DNA of 64,000 nucleotides, from UHGV virus genome UHGV-0326727; one strand, given 5' to 3'. Source of the stretch: a virus. Shown piece after piece: positions 10,899 to 19,734 of this stretch. The notes under the pieces were generated by a model. The model did no database searches. It was not told the origin of the DNA and was given only the letters and a program-made list of their open reading frames with translations. Position 1 is the stretch's first letter. Each line of letters starts with the position of its first letter. The translations under genes and the position numbers were made by a program.

Positions 10899-11321
10899 AT
10901 GCAGAAAATGTTTGTTCACCCAGACATAGCTGACTTTGTTAGAGCTTTGCAGAAGTTGGAAGAACTTGACATTGCTGCTCAACGGGAATATGCTCACCAT
11001 CACAGGAGAATGGTTGATATACAACATGAAATAGAGTTGTCTGAAAACTATGAAGATGACTTAAAATGCTCTGTGTTTGAGCATATGAAAGATGTTGCTA
11101 CAGCGAGACGTAAAGCTAAAGACACAGTTGCTTTACTAGATTCTCTTAAAAAGAGGTTGCAAAGTGGTACAGACCTGTGTAATCTAGCGTCACTGATTAA
11201 CGATGTTGAAACTTCTTGGGATAGACATTACTATCCACGTTCTGAAAAGACACTTGACTTTTCTTCATCAGAAAACTTAAAATGTTCTAGAAAGAAACTT
11301 AACCAACTGAGAGAGAAATAA
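10899..11321 (+). CDS. hypothetical protein
   Basis: 140 aa ORF, first gene of plus-strand operon. Confidence 0.4.
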   Translation: MQKMFVHPDIADFVRALQKLEELDIAAQREYAHHHRRMVDIQHEIELSENYEDDLKCSVFEHMKDVATARRKAKDTVALLDSLKKRLQSGTDLCNLASLINDVETSWDRHYYPRSEKTLDFSSSENLKCSRKKLNQLREK

Positions 11322-11322
11322 T

Positions 11323-12135
11323 ATGAATACTACTGTAGACCAGATGCTTGAAGAAAAAGGTATTGACGAAGCATTCTTAATCAATGCCGTAGAAAGCATG
11401 GCTATGATTCTTCGTGGAAACAACTACACAGAACAGTTTATGCCTGCAAGCTATAACTTGCCTAAAGACAAGTCTGATAACGGTGCTTTTGCAGAACAGG
11501 TTAATATGATGCTGTGTGATAAAACACTTGCTTTAGCATCTATCGTTGTAGGTGTTGATGCTCTTGCAGAGTTCATTTTCTATGAGATGCAGAAAAATGA
11601 CTATATTGCCATGACCTCTGAAGAAAAAGACTCGCTACTGCTCTTAGGTTATGATGAGCTAGTTGACCTGTTAATTTCGTCAACAAGTGCTGTTATGGCT
11701 GCTCTTGAGAAGCGAATGGAAGAGAAGCTGTCACGATATGAAAAACTTGATTGGGGTGTAGAAGAGTTAAACCCACGAATCAAAGAGATTATCCAGCAAA
11801 CTAAAGACTCTTTAGCAGAAGCTGTGAAAGATGATTCTGTAGCTGATGTAGAACCACTACAGGTGAAGGTTGCTCTGATGATTCCAGCTATCTCTACAAT
11901 GATGAATATCGTTGCACTAATCCAACTTTCTCAGATGTTGGGTGTAACCATTGAGTTCGTTGAGGAGATGACTGGTGGTGTCAGTATGCAAGCAATCAAT
12001 GATGTTTTGGTAAACATTGGCGCTTCAATCATTGAAGAGAAGCTACGTATCAACTTCGGTGATGATTTTGTGAAGCAAATCTCAGCTATTGCTGAAAAAG
12101 AGCACTCACAAATTACTAGTGACCAACTGCACTAA
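11323..12135 (+). CDS. hypothetical protein
   Basis: 270 aa ORF, 1-nt gap from upstream gene. Confidence 0.4.
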   Translation: MNTTVDQMLEEKGIDEAFLINAVESMAMILRGNNYTEQFMPASYNLPKDKSDNGAFAEQVNMMLCDKTLALASIVVGVDALAEFIFYEMQKNDYIAMTSEEKDSLLLLGYDELVDLLISSTSAVMAALEKRMEEKLSRYEKLDWGVEELNPRIKEIIQQTKDSLAEAVKDDSVADVEPLQVKVALMIPAISTMMNIVALIQLSQMLGVTIEFVEEMTGGVSMQAINDVLVNIGASIIEEKLRINFGDDFVKQISAIAEKEHSQITSDQLH

Positions 12136-12153
12136 GTCTTTATAAATCTTACA

Positions 12154-12177
12154 AGCCTCCTTAATTGGGGGCTTTTT
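12154..12177 (+). terminator. rho-independent terminator
   Basis: agcctccttaattgggggct hairpin followed by TTTTT. Confidence 0.6.
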
Positions 12178-12196
12178 AGTAATTAATGGAGATAAA

Positions 12197-12940
12197 ATGA
12201 GTAATATTATCGCGTTTACTGGAAAAGCACGTTCTGGAAAGGATACCTCATGTTCTATTGTCAAGAATATCTTAGAAGATGAGTATGGTTACAATGTTGC
12301 AGTAATGGCCTATGCAGACAATCTTAAGCTATCTGCATCAAGGATATTTGACTTGACATGGAATGACCTGTACGGTGAAACTAAAGAGACTCCACAGGTT
12401 TTTGATTTATCATACTCTGAACTGATGTTCAAAGTTACAGAAGCTATGGAGTTCACCTTCAGAGATGAACGTTACCATATGGATTTTAAGCTTATGTCGG
12501 AGTTAACCGGACGATTAATCATGGAACTTAAGAAGGTTGCTAAGCCAACTCTATTGACACGTCTGGGATTTAGCAAGAAGTATAAATTCTCATCAAGACA
12601 AATTCAACAGATTTGGGGTACTGAAGTTGTCCGTAAAGTTATGGGTGACAAGTTCTGGGCTAAAGACCTTGAAAAAAGAATGGTAAACTTCTTTGACGTT
12701 TGCTCACTTAGGAATCAAGAAGGTGTTGTTTTAATCAGTGACTTAAGGTTTGACTCTGAAGCTGAGTGGCTGAGTAGGTTTGCACACCAGATTATTGAAG
12801 TAAAAAGAGACAATGTGAACAAGGTTTCATCACATGTTTCAGAAAATGGAATTTCTACCAAATATGCGCGTGACATTATCCATAATAATGGTACTCTTGC
12901 AGACCTTGAAAGTAAGCTGAGAGCTATCCTGAAAATTTAA
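12197..12940 (+). CDS. deoxynucleoside monophosphate kinase (P-loop)
   Basis: N-terminal IIAFTGKARSGKDT P-loop resembling phage dNMP kinases. Confidence 0.55.
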   Translation: MSNIIAFTGKARSGKDTSCSIVKNILEDEYGYNVAVMAYADNLKLSASRIFDLTWNDLYGETKETPQVFDLSYSELMFKVTEAMEFTFRDERYHMDFKLMSELTGRLIMELKKVAKPTLLTRLGFSKKYKFSSRQIQQIWGTEVVRKVMGDKFWAKDLEKRMVNFFDVCSLRNQEGVVLISDLRFDSEAEWLSRFAHQIIEVKRDNVNKVSSHVSENGISTKYARDIIHNNGTLADLESKLRAILKI

Positions 12941-12948
12941 AAGAGAGA

Positions 12949-13149
12949 ATGAAGATGAGAGTAAAAGATAATTTTAAGGTTATTGACCATCGTTTAGTGG
13001 AACTCTCATCTCTTTCCAATGAGGTAATGATTGAACGTCTTAAGAGAGTTGAATCACGAAGGAAAGAGATTGCAGATGAAATTCATGAACTGGACAAGAT
13101 TGAAAATGGATTGAAGGCAGAACTACAACGAAGAGGTGCTAATGTCTAA
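12949..13149 (+). CDS. hypothetical small protein
   Basis: 66 aa ORF, charged/coiled-coil-like. Confidence 0.3.
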   Translation: MKMRVKDNFKVIDHRLVELSSLSNEVMIERLKRVESRRKEIADEIHELDKIENGLKAELQRRGANV

Positions 13150-15127
13150 AGGTCGTAAATTAAAAGAGGCTGGTCAGTTTATTGGTCATTGTGCATGTCC
13201 ACGTTGTGGTTCATCAGATGCTGGTTCAATCTACCATCATGACGATGATTCTTATTCAATGACTTGCTTTAGCTGTAACAAAGGTTTCCCAGAGTGGGAT
13301 TTTGATAAAGGACAAATCGTGAGCACTTATTCTACTGGTTCAGATAATAAAAACCGTACTTTCCGTGGAATGGATTTAGACGATGTAAAAGAAAACCTAG
13401 AAGCAATGGACTTGAAAGACAGGAAGATTCCTGCAAAAGTCCTTGAACGTTTAGGTATCAAGGTTGACATTGATAGTGACGGTGAAATTGATGCACATTT
13501 CTATCCAACTTACAAACGTAATGAAGATGGCAAGCTAGAACATGTTGGTTATCGTGTTCGTCACCGTTACCCAGAAGACCATCCAAAAGAACACCTACGT
13601 GGTAAGCTAAAAGACTTTTCAGGTGGTGTTGGAGATATTAAAGGTGAACTGGCAATGTTCGGTTCATGGATTGCTCCAGAAGGTGGGAACCGACTGTTCA
13701 TCTGGGAAGGTGAGATGGAATGTGCGACAGCTATCTACATGACTTCTTTGGCGATTAAAGATAAGTCTCGTCGTAAGAATTACTGTCACGTATCTGTTCC
13801 ATCAGGTGCAAACATTAAGTCTATCAAAGACAACTATCAGTACATCACATCATTTGATGAGATTTACTTGTGCTTTGATAACGATGAAGCAGGTGCTAAA
13901 GCTACCAAAGAAGCTGCTGGTATCCTACCTATTGAAAAGGTTCGTTTATTCCAGTATCCAGAAGGTGTAAAAGACCTTAACGAATGGTGGACAAAGTTCT
14001 ATAAAGAGAAAGACACAGTTCTGGAAGGATTTAAACAGCGTATCTACAACGCACCTCGTTACTGCCCTGCTGGTATCAAGAACTTCGCAGATGGTTTTGA
14101 GGCAATGAAGAATCGTGGTCAGATTCCATTGATTCCTTTCCCAGAATCTTTCGGTGATTTGAACAGGTTGACTTATGGTGGTTACGGTTTAGGTGAGATT
14201 ACGACTATTGCAGCACCATCTTCAGTAGGTAAGTCAGCTTACACCCGTGAGATGATTTATTCAGCTTGGAAAGAAACTGATTATAATATCGGTGTAATTC
14301 CTGTAGAGGATACCTATGAAGAGTTGATGGAGATGCTCTGTGCAATCCACCTAAGCAAGCAGATTTCTGAGATTCCTTATGATGAACGAGATTGGGATGA
14401 ATTAAAGGGAGCACACGCCGAGCTTTCAAAAGGTCGTCGCATTCATATCGTTGACCATCAAGGGGCAATTGACCAAGATAACCTGCTGGAGTTTGTTGAC
14501 TATCTTGTTAATAGTTTAGACTGTAAGATTATCATTCTTGACCCTATTACGTTGGCTCTGTCACGTTCAGATACGGATGAAGAGGAAGTTTTGTCTGAGC
14601 TATTACGTCGTTGCAAACGCTACCAGTATGCACAGGTAAACGTCTGCCACGTTCGTAAGAGTGCAGGTGGTCAGAAAGCTAACTCTGAAGGTGGAGATAT
14701 CTCTGAAGAGGATATTAAGGGTTCTGGTGCATACTTCCAGATTTCCATGAACAACATTCTGTTAATGCGTAACAAGGTTGACCCAGACCCTGTTAAGAAA
14801 AACTTGACAAAAATCAAGTTAACTAAGTGTCGTCGTCATGGTAAGTCAACAGGTATCGCTGGTCATACTTGGTACAATCCAGACACAGGGCGTCTTATCA
14901 AAGCTTCTGGGTGTGGTGTTGACATTGATGGTGCAGCAGAAAATATCCGTCAACAGTTTGGTATTGGTGAAGCTGAAGACCATTATGATGACTCTTTACC
15001 TCATTATGAGGATGAAGTGTTTGACCGTGAGACTGGTGAAGTTTATACTGAAGAACAGCGTCAAAGCTCAACGATTCCACCTGTATTAAGTGAGGATGCA
15101 GATGACTGCCCATTCGAAACTGAGTGA
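13142..15127 (+). CDS. bifunctional primase-helicase (T7 gp4-like)
   Basis: N-terminal Zn ribbon CPRCG...CFSC; TOPRIM-like acidic motifs (EGEMECATA, DNDEAG); helicase Walker A AAPSSVGKS and Walker B-like IIILD; start at ATG 13142 with GAGGTG RBS. Confidence 0.8.
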   Translation: MSKGRKLKEAGQFIGHCACPRCGSSDAGSIYHHDDDSYSMTCFSCNKGFPEWDFDKGQIVSTYSTGSDNKNRTFRGMDLDDVKENLEAMDLKDRKIPAKVLERLGIKVDIDSDGEIDAHFYPTYKRNEDGKLEHVGYRVRHRYPEDHPKEHLRGKLKDFSGGVGDIKGELAMFGSWIAPEGGNRLFIWEGEMECATAIYMTSLAIKDKSRRKNYCHVSVPSGANIKSIKDNYQYITSFDEIYLCFDNDEAGAKATKEAAGILPIEKVRLFQYPEGVKDLNEWWTKFYKEKDTVLEGFKQRIYNAPRYCPAGIKNFADGFEAMKNRGQIPLIPFPESFGDLNRLTYGGYGLGEITTIAAPSSVGKSAYTREMIYSAWKETDYNIGVIPVEDTYEELMEMLCAIHLSKQISEIPYDERDWDELKGAHAELSKGRRIHIVDHQGAIDQDNLLEFVDYLVNSLDCKIIILDPITLALSRSDTDEEEVLSELLRRCKRYQYAQVNVCHVRKSAGGQKANSEGGDISEEDIKGSGAYFQISMNNILLMRNKVDPDPVKKNLTKIKLTKCRRHGKSTGIAGHTWYNPDTGRLIKASGCGVDIDGAAENIRQQFGIGEAEDHYDDSLPHYEDEVFDRETGEVYTEEQRQSSTIPPVLSEDADDCPFETE

Positions 15128-15379
15128 TAGTTATAAAAGAGAGGGGTTCATACCCTTCTTTGAAGAAAAAAGTTTAAATGAATTTCAGGAAGAGTGTTTG
15201 ACAAAGGTTGATAGGTTCTATAGAATGCTCTACATGAAATGTGATGGAGGCGTTGAGGTAGAAAAAAAGTTCCATCACAACATAATCACAATCATTATTA
15301 CTATACCTGAACATAATATTGGTTGGCTGTTTGTAATAAAAGAAAATGTGTTTGAATATCAAGTATATCGGAGAATATC

Positions 15380-15529
15380 ATGAAACACTCTAAAGCATTT
15401 GAAAAAGTTTTTGGGGATTCCTTAAAAGCCACTGCTGGCAAACCAGCAAAATACTATGAAGAGAAGCGTGTAAGAACTGGAAAAACTGCACGCAAAGCAG
15501 CTTCTAAAGATAAGCACAACTTCCAGTAA
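15380..15529 (+). CDS. hypothetical small protein (49 aa)
   Basis: ATG with GGAGA RBS; below the track length cutoff. Confidence 0.25.
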   Translation: MKHSKAFEKVFGDSLKATAGKPAKYYEEKRVRTGKTARKAASKDKHNFQ

Positions 15530-15601
15530 TTAATGTTTGACAATAGAGTATCAACAAATTAGAATTGGTACTCTTCATAAATTGAGATAGAGGTTTAAAT
15601 A

Positions 15602-16459
15602 ATGTCTAAAGTTGTTAAAATGAAAGCTCCGGTAGAGAAGTACAATGGTACTGAACGTCAAACTCTGCGTTACCTGCTAAAAGATGTTTGGTTTTATTAC
15701 CTGAACACTTCACCACGTCCGGGAAAAGGTAAGTCCATTGATAAGAAATTCCCAGGAAAAGACTGCAACTACAGTGTTTCAATTCTGGCAGAAGACGGTA
15801 ACAAGCTGTTTAAAGAGTTCACTAAGTCTAAGAAAAACCCAGAAGGTTGGGATAAAGTTACTACTGAAGCAGTTGATGCAGATGACTTCGAAGAGAAGTT
15901 TGGTTGCAAACCACCTTTTGAAGCAGACACTTACTACATCTTGAAAGTAAGTCGTGCAGCAGCTTATAAAGATGGTGCTGTGTGGACAGCTAAACAGTCA
16001 TTCCCTGTAATGCTGATTGAAGAAGTAAATGGTAAGCGTGTAGCTGTTAAGCAGCCGATGAAGAAAATCAAAGCTCAAGCATCTGATAAGCATGAAGATG
16101 ACAAGAACTATGATGTAATTCATCCAGATATCGCAGTCGGTAACGGTTCTTTTGGTAGTGTGATTCTTTCTACTCACTTCTACACTTTTGAGAACAATGT
16201 TCTGACAAAACCTATTCAGGAACAGTTTATCATTGATACTCTTGTACCTTACACTGGTGGTAATGGTGCTAATGGCGAACCTGAACTGGATGAAGACGAA
16301 CTGGCTATGCTTGGTCTTGATGGTGTTGAAGATAACGGTGAAATCACTGAAGAGGATGCAACAGACCACAAACCTTCGAATGATTCTGATGATGGCGACG
16401 ATGAAGACTTGCCAGACCCAGATGATGAAGAAGATGAAGACTTCGATACAGAAGACTAA
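15602..16459 (+). CDS. single-stranded DNA-binding protein-like (acidic C-terminal tail)
   Basis: 285 aa; C-terminus DDGDDEDLPDPDDEEDEDFDTED resembles SSB acidic tails; replication-gene context. Confidence 0.5.
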   Translation: MSKVVKMKAPVEKYNGTERQTLRYLLKDVWFYYLNTSPRPGKGKSIDKKFPGKDCNYSVSILAEDGNKLFKEFTKSKKNPEGWDKVTTEAVDADDFEEKFGCKPPFEADTYYILKVSRAAAYKDGAVWTAKQSFPVMLIEEVNGKRVAVKQPMKKIKAQASDKHEDDKNYDVIHPDIAVGNGSFGSVILSTHFYTFENNVLTKPIQEQFIIDTLVPYTGGNGANGEPELDEDELAMLGLDGVEDNGEITEEDATDHKPSNDSDDGDDEDLPDPDDEEDEDFDTED

Positions 16460-16478
16460 TCTCTAAAAGTTACTTTAA

Positions 16479-16505
16479 AGCCCTGTACTTAGTATGGGGC
16501 TTTTT
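16479..16505 (+). terminator. rho-independent terminator
   Basis: agccctgtacttagtatggggct hairpin followed by TTTTT. Confidence 0.5.
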
Positions 16506-16521
16506 CATATGGAGAGTCACA

Positions 16522-17562
16522 ATGGAGAAGTATACGCTAACAAAACTTCCCGATTCAGTTACACATGTCTTTATTGACTCTGATAGTATTGCCTATAAAG
16601 GTGCTTGTGTAGTTGAGAAAGCAAAATATAAATACGTCAATAAACTCACAGCAGAAGAATCTGAACCATTTGATAATGCAAAAGATGCTGCAAGATGGTT
16701 AGCAGACCAGAGAATCCTTGTAGAAGAGCTTGGCCTGACATTTGATGAAGATGAATGGGAAAGACAGACTTGGAAAGAAGCTAAGAGTGAAAAAGAAGCT
16801 ATCATGGCTACTCAGCAGGTTCTTCAGGAATGGCTTAAGGTTGTTGGTAAAGAAAGAACTTGGGTAGGTTACTTAACAGAGAAGGGCGTACATAAACATA
16901 AAGATATTAAAGGTCTTGAGCACCAATATCAAGGTAACCGTAAAGAGGCTGTCACACCAACACACTTAGTTGCTTGTCGTGAATATCTTTTATCCAGACC
17001 AGAGTTCAAACTCTTAAAGGGTGGATTCGAAGCTGATTCAATCGTAATTGCTAAAGCTGAAAAGATGGGTAAGAAAGCTGCTCTTATGAGTATTGACAAA
17101 GACCTTCGACAAGCTGAAGGGACTTATTGTATTGATATGACTTATGAAAAGTCACCACTAATTTTTATTGCTGATAATAATGTTGGTGATATCTGGGATT
17201 GTCCTATCAAATCAAAACCAAAAGCTGCAAAAACAGTTGGTGTAGGTTTTAAATTCTTGTGTTATCAGGCTGTTGCTGGAGATAATGCAGACAACTACTT
17301 CGGCCTCAAAGGTGCTGGCAAAGTAGCTGTGATGAAGGCTTTAGATGGTAAAGAGACTTATAAAGAGTGTCTTGATGCTATCTATGAACTTTATGCTAAA
17401 AAAGAATCTTACACCTATGTGTCATGGGATGGACAGACTGTTACCAAAACACCGTTAGAGTTAATGGAACAGCATTTCTTCCTAGCTTATCAAGAGAGAA
17501 ATCCAAAAGATAATTTCTCTTTTAAGAAATATAATTGGGAGCCGTGTATGAATGAAGATTAA
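16522..17562 (+). CDS. 5'-3' exonuclease / flap endonuclease (FEN family)
   Basis: GGFEADSIVIA matches the FEN G(Y/F)EADD motif; N-terminal acidic cluster VFIDSDSIAY. Confidence 0.6.
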   Translation: MEKYTLTKLPDSVTHVFIDSDSIAYKGACVVEKAKYKYVNKLTAEESEPFDNAKDAARWLADQRILVEELGLTFDEDEWERQTWKEAKSEKEAIMATQQVLQEWLKVVGKERTWVGYLTEKGVHKHKDIKGLEHQYQGNRKEAVTPTHLVACREYLLSRPEFKLLKGGFEADSIVIAKAEKMGKKAALMSIDKDLRQAEGTYCIDMTYEKSPLIFIADNNVGDIWDCPIKSKPKAAKTVGVGFKFLCYQAVAGDNADNYFGLKGAGKVAVMKALDGKETYKECLDAIYELYAKKESYTYVSWDGQTVTKTPLELMEQHFFLAYQERNPKDNFSFKKYNWEPCMNED

Positions 17563-18049
17563 AGGATTTGGCAATTGTCCTACCTATGGTCATTGGGTAT
17601 CTTTATGTGGGGAAGTTGACCCCACTAAACATTTTGGCTTTGTCTATTTAGTATACTGTAAGAAAACCGGACAATATTATATCGGAAAGAAACAGCTTAA
17701 TAGCGTGACCAAAAGAAAAGTTGCTGGCAAGACTCGGAAGAAGGTAGTCACTAAGGAGAGTGATTGGATGACTTATGAGACTTCTTCTGAGTATATTAAA
17801 AAAGATATTGAGAGCTTTGGAAAAGAATTTTTTGACTTTTACATTATCCAAACCTACTACACGAAAGGTGGTCTAGTTTATGGTGAAGCAAACCTCCAAC
17901 ATAAATTCGATGTAATGACAAAAAGGATTGACTCTAAGCTCAGACTCTTCTATAATGCCAATATTGCAGCAATTAAGTTTATCACTAAAGAAACTTATGA
18001 AGATGCTGAAAAAAGAATCCATAAGGTAATGAAAGCAAATTGTGCTTGA
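17552..18049 (+). CDS. GIY-YIG-like nuclease domain protein
   Basis: FVYLVYCKKTGQYYIGKK resembles the GIY...YIG motif; otherwise unassigned. Confidence 0.35.
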   Translation: MKIKGFGNCPTYGHWVSLCGEVDPTKHFGFVYLVYCKKTGQYYIGKKQLNSVTKRKVAGKTRKKVVTKESDWMTYETSSEYIKKDIESFGKEFFDFYIIQTYYTKGGLVYGEANLQHKFDVMTKRIDSKLRLFYNANIAAIKFITKETYEDAEKRIHKVMKANCA

Positions 18050-18055
18050 TAACTA

Positions 18056-18301
18056 TTGAGAGAGAATAAAATGTTTAACAAAAGTAAAGCTGTGAGTCAT
18101 GTAGCAAAGGTTGACAGCAAGATTGAAGAACTTGAGCGCATTCTTGCAAATGCCAGAGAGTCAATAATTAAAGAAGTTGAAGCTGTTGAATCTCAAATGC
18201 AGCACCTAATGCTTAAACGTCAAGAGTTACGTGAGCATCTGGAATATATTGAAACACGAGAGCTAAAAGTTAACAGATTTTTAAGGAGTCCGAATGTTTA
18301 A
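18056..18301 (+). CDS. hypothetical small protein
   Basis: 81 aa ORF. Confidence 0.3.
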   Translation: MRENKMFNKSKAVSHVAKVDSKIEELERILANARESIIKEVEAVESQMQHLMLKRQELREHLEYIETRELKVNRFLRSPNV

Positions 18302-19049
18302 CTCAAGAGAATCAGTAAAAAACTGGAATCTTCGTTGCGGAAACACCCAAAAGCAACCTTACAGTGATGAGTATTGGGAATCTTTGAAATCCCAGTCTCT
18401 GTGTATGCTTGAAGAAGCAAAAGAGCTTGTAAAAGCAATTGAAGAGAAAGACCCCATTGAGACATTGGATGCTCAGGCAGATTTGCAATATGTTCTTGAC
18501 GGTCTGATTTACCTGTCACAACATGACCACAATGGCGCTATGGAAGCTGTTTGCCATAATAATGACCTGAAGTATACAGACAACTATGAAGAAGCTTTAA
18601 AGCGTCTTGCAGATGTTGAGAAGCGTACTGGTCAAGAGTGTATCATCAGAATGTCAGTGGTTGATGGTAAAGAGTGGTATGCGATTGTCCGTGCAGCCGA
18701 TGGGAAGATTATGAAGCAATCAAATCTCCCTAAAGTACAACTTGGTGAATACATTGTAGAACTTGAAAGCCAAGAACTTTTTGTGGTAGTATCTGAGACA
18801 TGCGTTATCTGCAAAGGTATTGTATGTAGCTTAAAGGATTTGGGTGTAGATGGTTTTGTAGAAGTTAATCCAATTACCTCTAAAGCAGATAAAGATTTCT
18901 GTAAAGAGAATGGATTATGGATTGCAGATATTGTCTACTACGATGGTGAGCAGTTCCATGTAACCTCATACCCGAAACTGAATTATGATGCTAATAACCT
19001 AAAGTGCTGGTTAAAAGGGGTTGGTTATAATGGATTCACAGAACATTAA
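18294..19049 (+). CDS. hypothetical protein (possible MazG-like NTP pyrophosphohydrolase)
   Basis: LEEAKELVKAIEEKDPIETLDAQADLQYVLDGL loosely resembles the MazG EExxE...D helix pair; weak. Confidence 0.3.
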   Translation: MFNSRESVKNWNLRCGNTQKQPYSDEYWESLKSQSLCMLEEAKELVKAIEEKDPIETLDAQADLQYVLDGLIYLSQHDHNGAMEAVCHNNDLKYTDNYEEALKRLADVEKRTGQECIIRMSVVDGKEWYAIVRAADGKIMKQSNLPKVQLGEYIVELESQELFVVVSETCVICKGIVCSLKDLGVDGFVEVNPITSKADKDFCKENGLWIADIVYYDGEQFHVTSYPKLNYDANNLKCWLKGVGYNGFTEH

Positions 19050-19353
19050 TAAAGAAGGTGTGGCTCAGAAGAGCCACTTCTCAAACTACAATATTTCTAT
19101 GACGGTGTTTATGAATGACCCGTTACTTGAGAAGTATGGTGAGACTCCAGATACACTTCTGGATAATGAACAAGTTTTAAAAGCAGTTCTGTACAAATAC
19201 GGAATTGATATTGAGAAAGAGTATTCTTTTGAAATCTGTCAACACAGGAATACTTTTGGTAAAGTTGTAATGGCTCCACTCTTCATGGGTGTAGAAAGAA
19301 CTGACTATGGTTGGTTATATCTAAAAAGAAACTTGGAGAAATACCGTGTCTAA
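19021..19353 (+). CDS. hypothetical protein
   Basis: 110 aa ORF. Confidence 0.3.
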   Translation: MVIMDSQNINKEGVAQKSHFSNYNISMTVFMNDPLLEKYGETPDTLLDNEQVLKAVLYKYGIDIEKEYSFEICQHRNTFGKVVMAPLFMGVERTDYGWLYLKRNLEKYRV

Positions 19354-19687
19354 AGCCAAAAAGTTATCTTATGATGACATTATCTCAGGTGCTAAGTTAG
19401 GTGTTGATAGTATCGGACAAGACGTTAAGCACGGAGACACAGTTATGTACTGTGATGACCGAAGAGGGAGAAGTGCAATCTTGTTTGGAAGAATTGTTTG
19501 CAAGATGCGAGGTAATTACGTTGTTGCAGACATGGATGTGAACGTTACACAAAAACTTGAAACACTTATGGATGATAATTCATCATCATCATGGTTCTTC
19601 CTGAATTGTATGCACACTTCTTCAGTCACAAAAGTAAGTGATAAGTTTTACGATATGTGGCAGAATGAGCAAATTTTCAAGATTTAA
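19346..19687 (+). CDS. hypothetical protein
   Basis: 113 aa ORF. Confidence 0.3.
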   Translation: MSKAKKLSYDDIISGAKLGVDSIGQDVKHGDTVMYCDDRRGRSAILFGRIVCKMRGNYVVADMDVNVTQKLETLMDDNSSSSWFFLNCMHTSSVTKVSDKFYDMWQNEQIFKI

Positions 19688-19694
19688 ACTAGGG

Positions 19695-19716
19695 GAGCCT
19701 CTTCGGAGGCTCTTTT
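19695..19716 (+). terminator. rho-independent terminator
   Basis: gagcctcttcggaggctc hairpin (TTCG loop) followed by TTTT. Confidence 0.6.
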
Positions 19717-19734
19717 CATCTGTAGGATTTAAAA

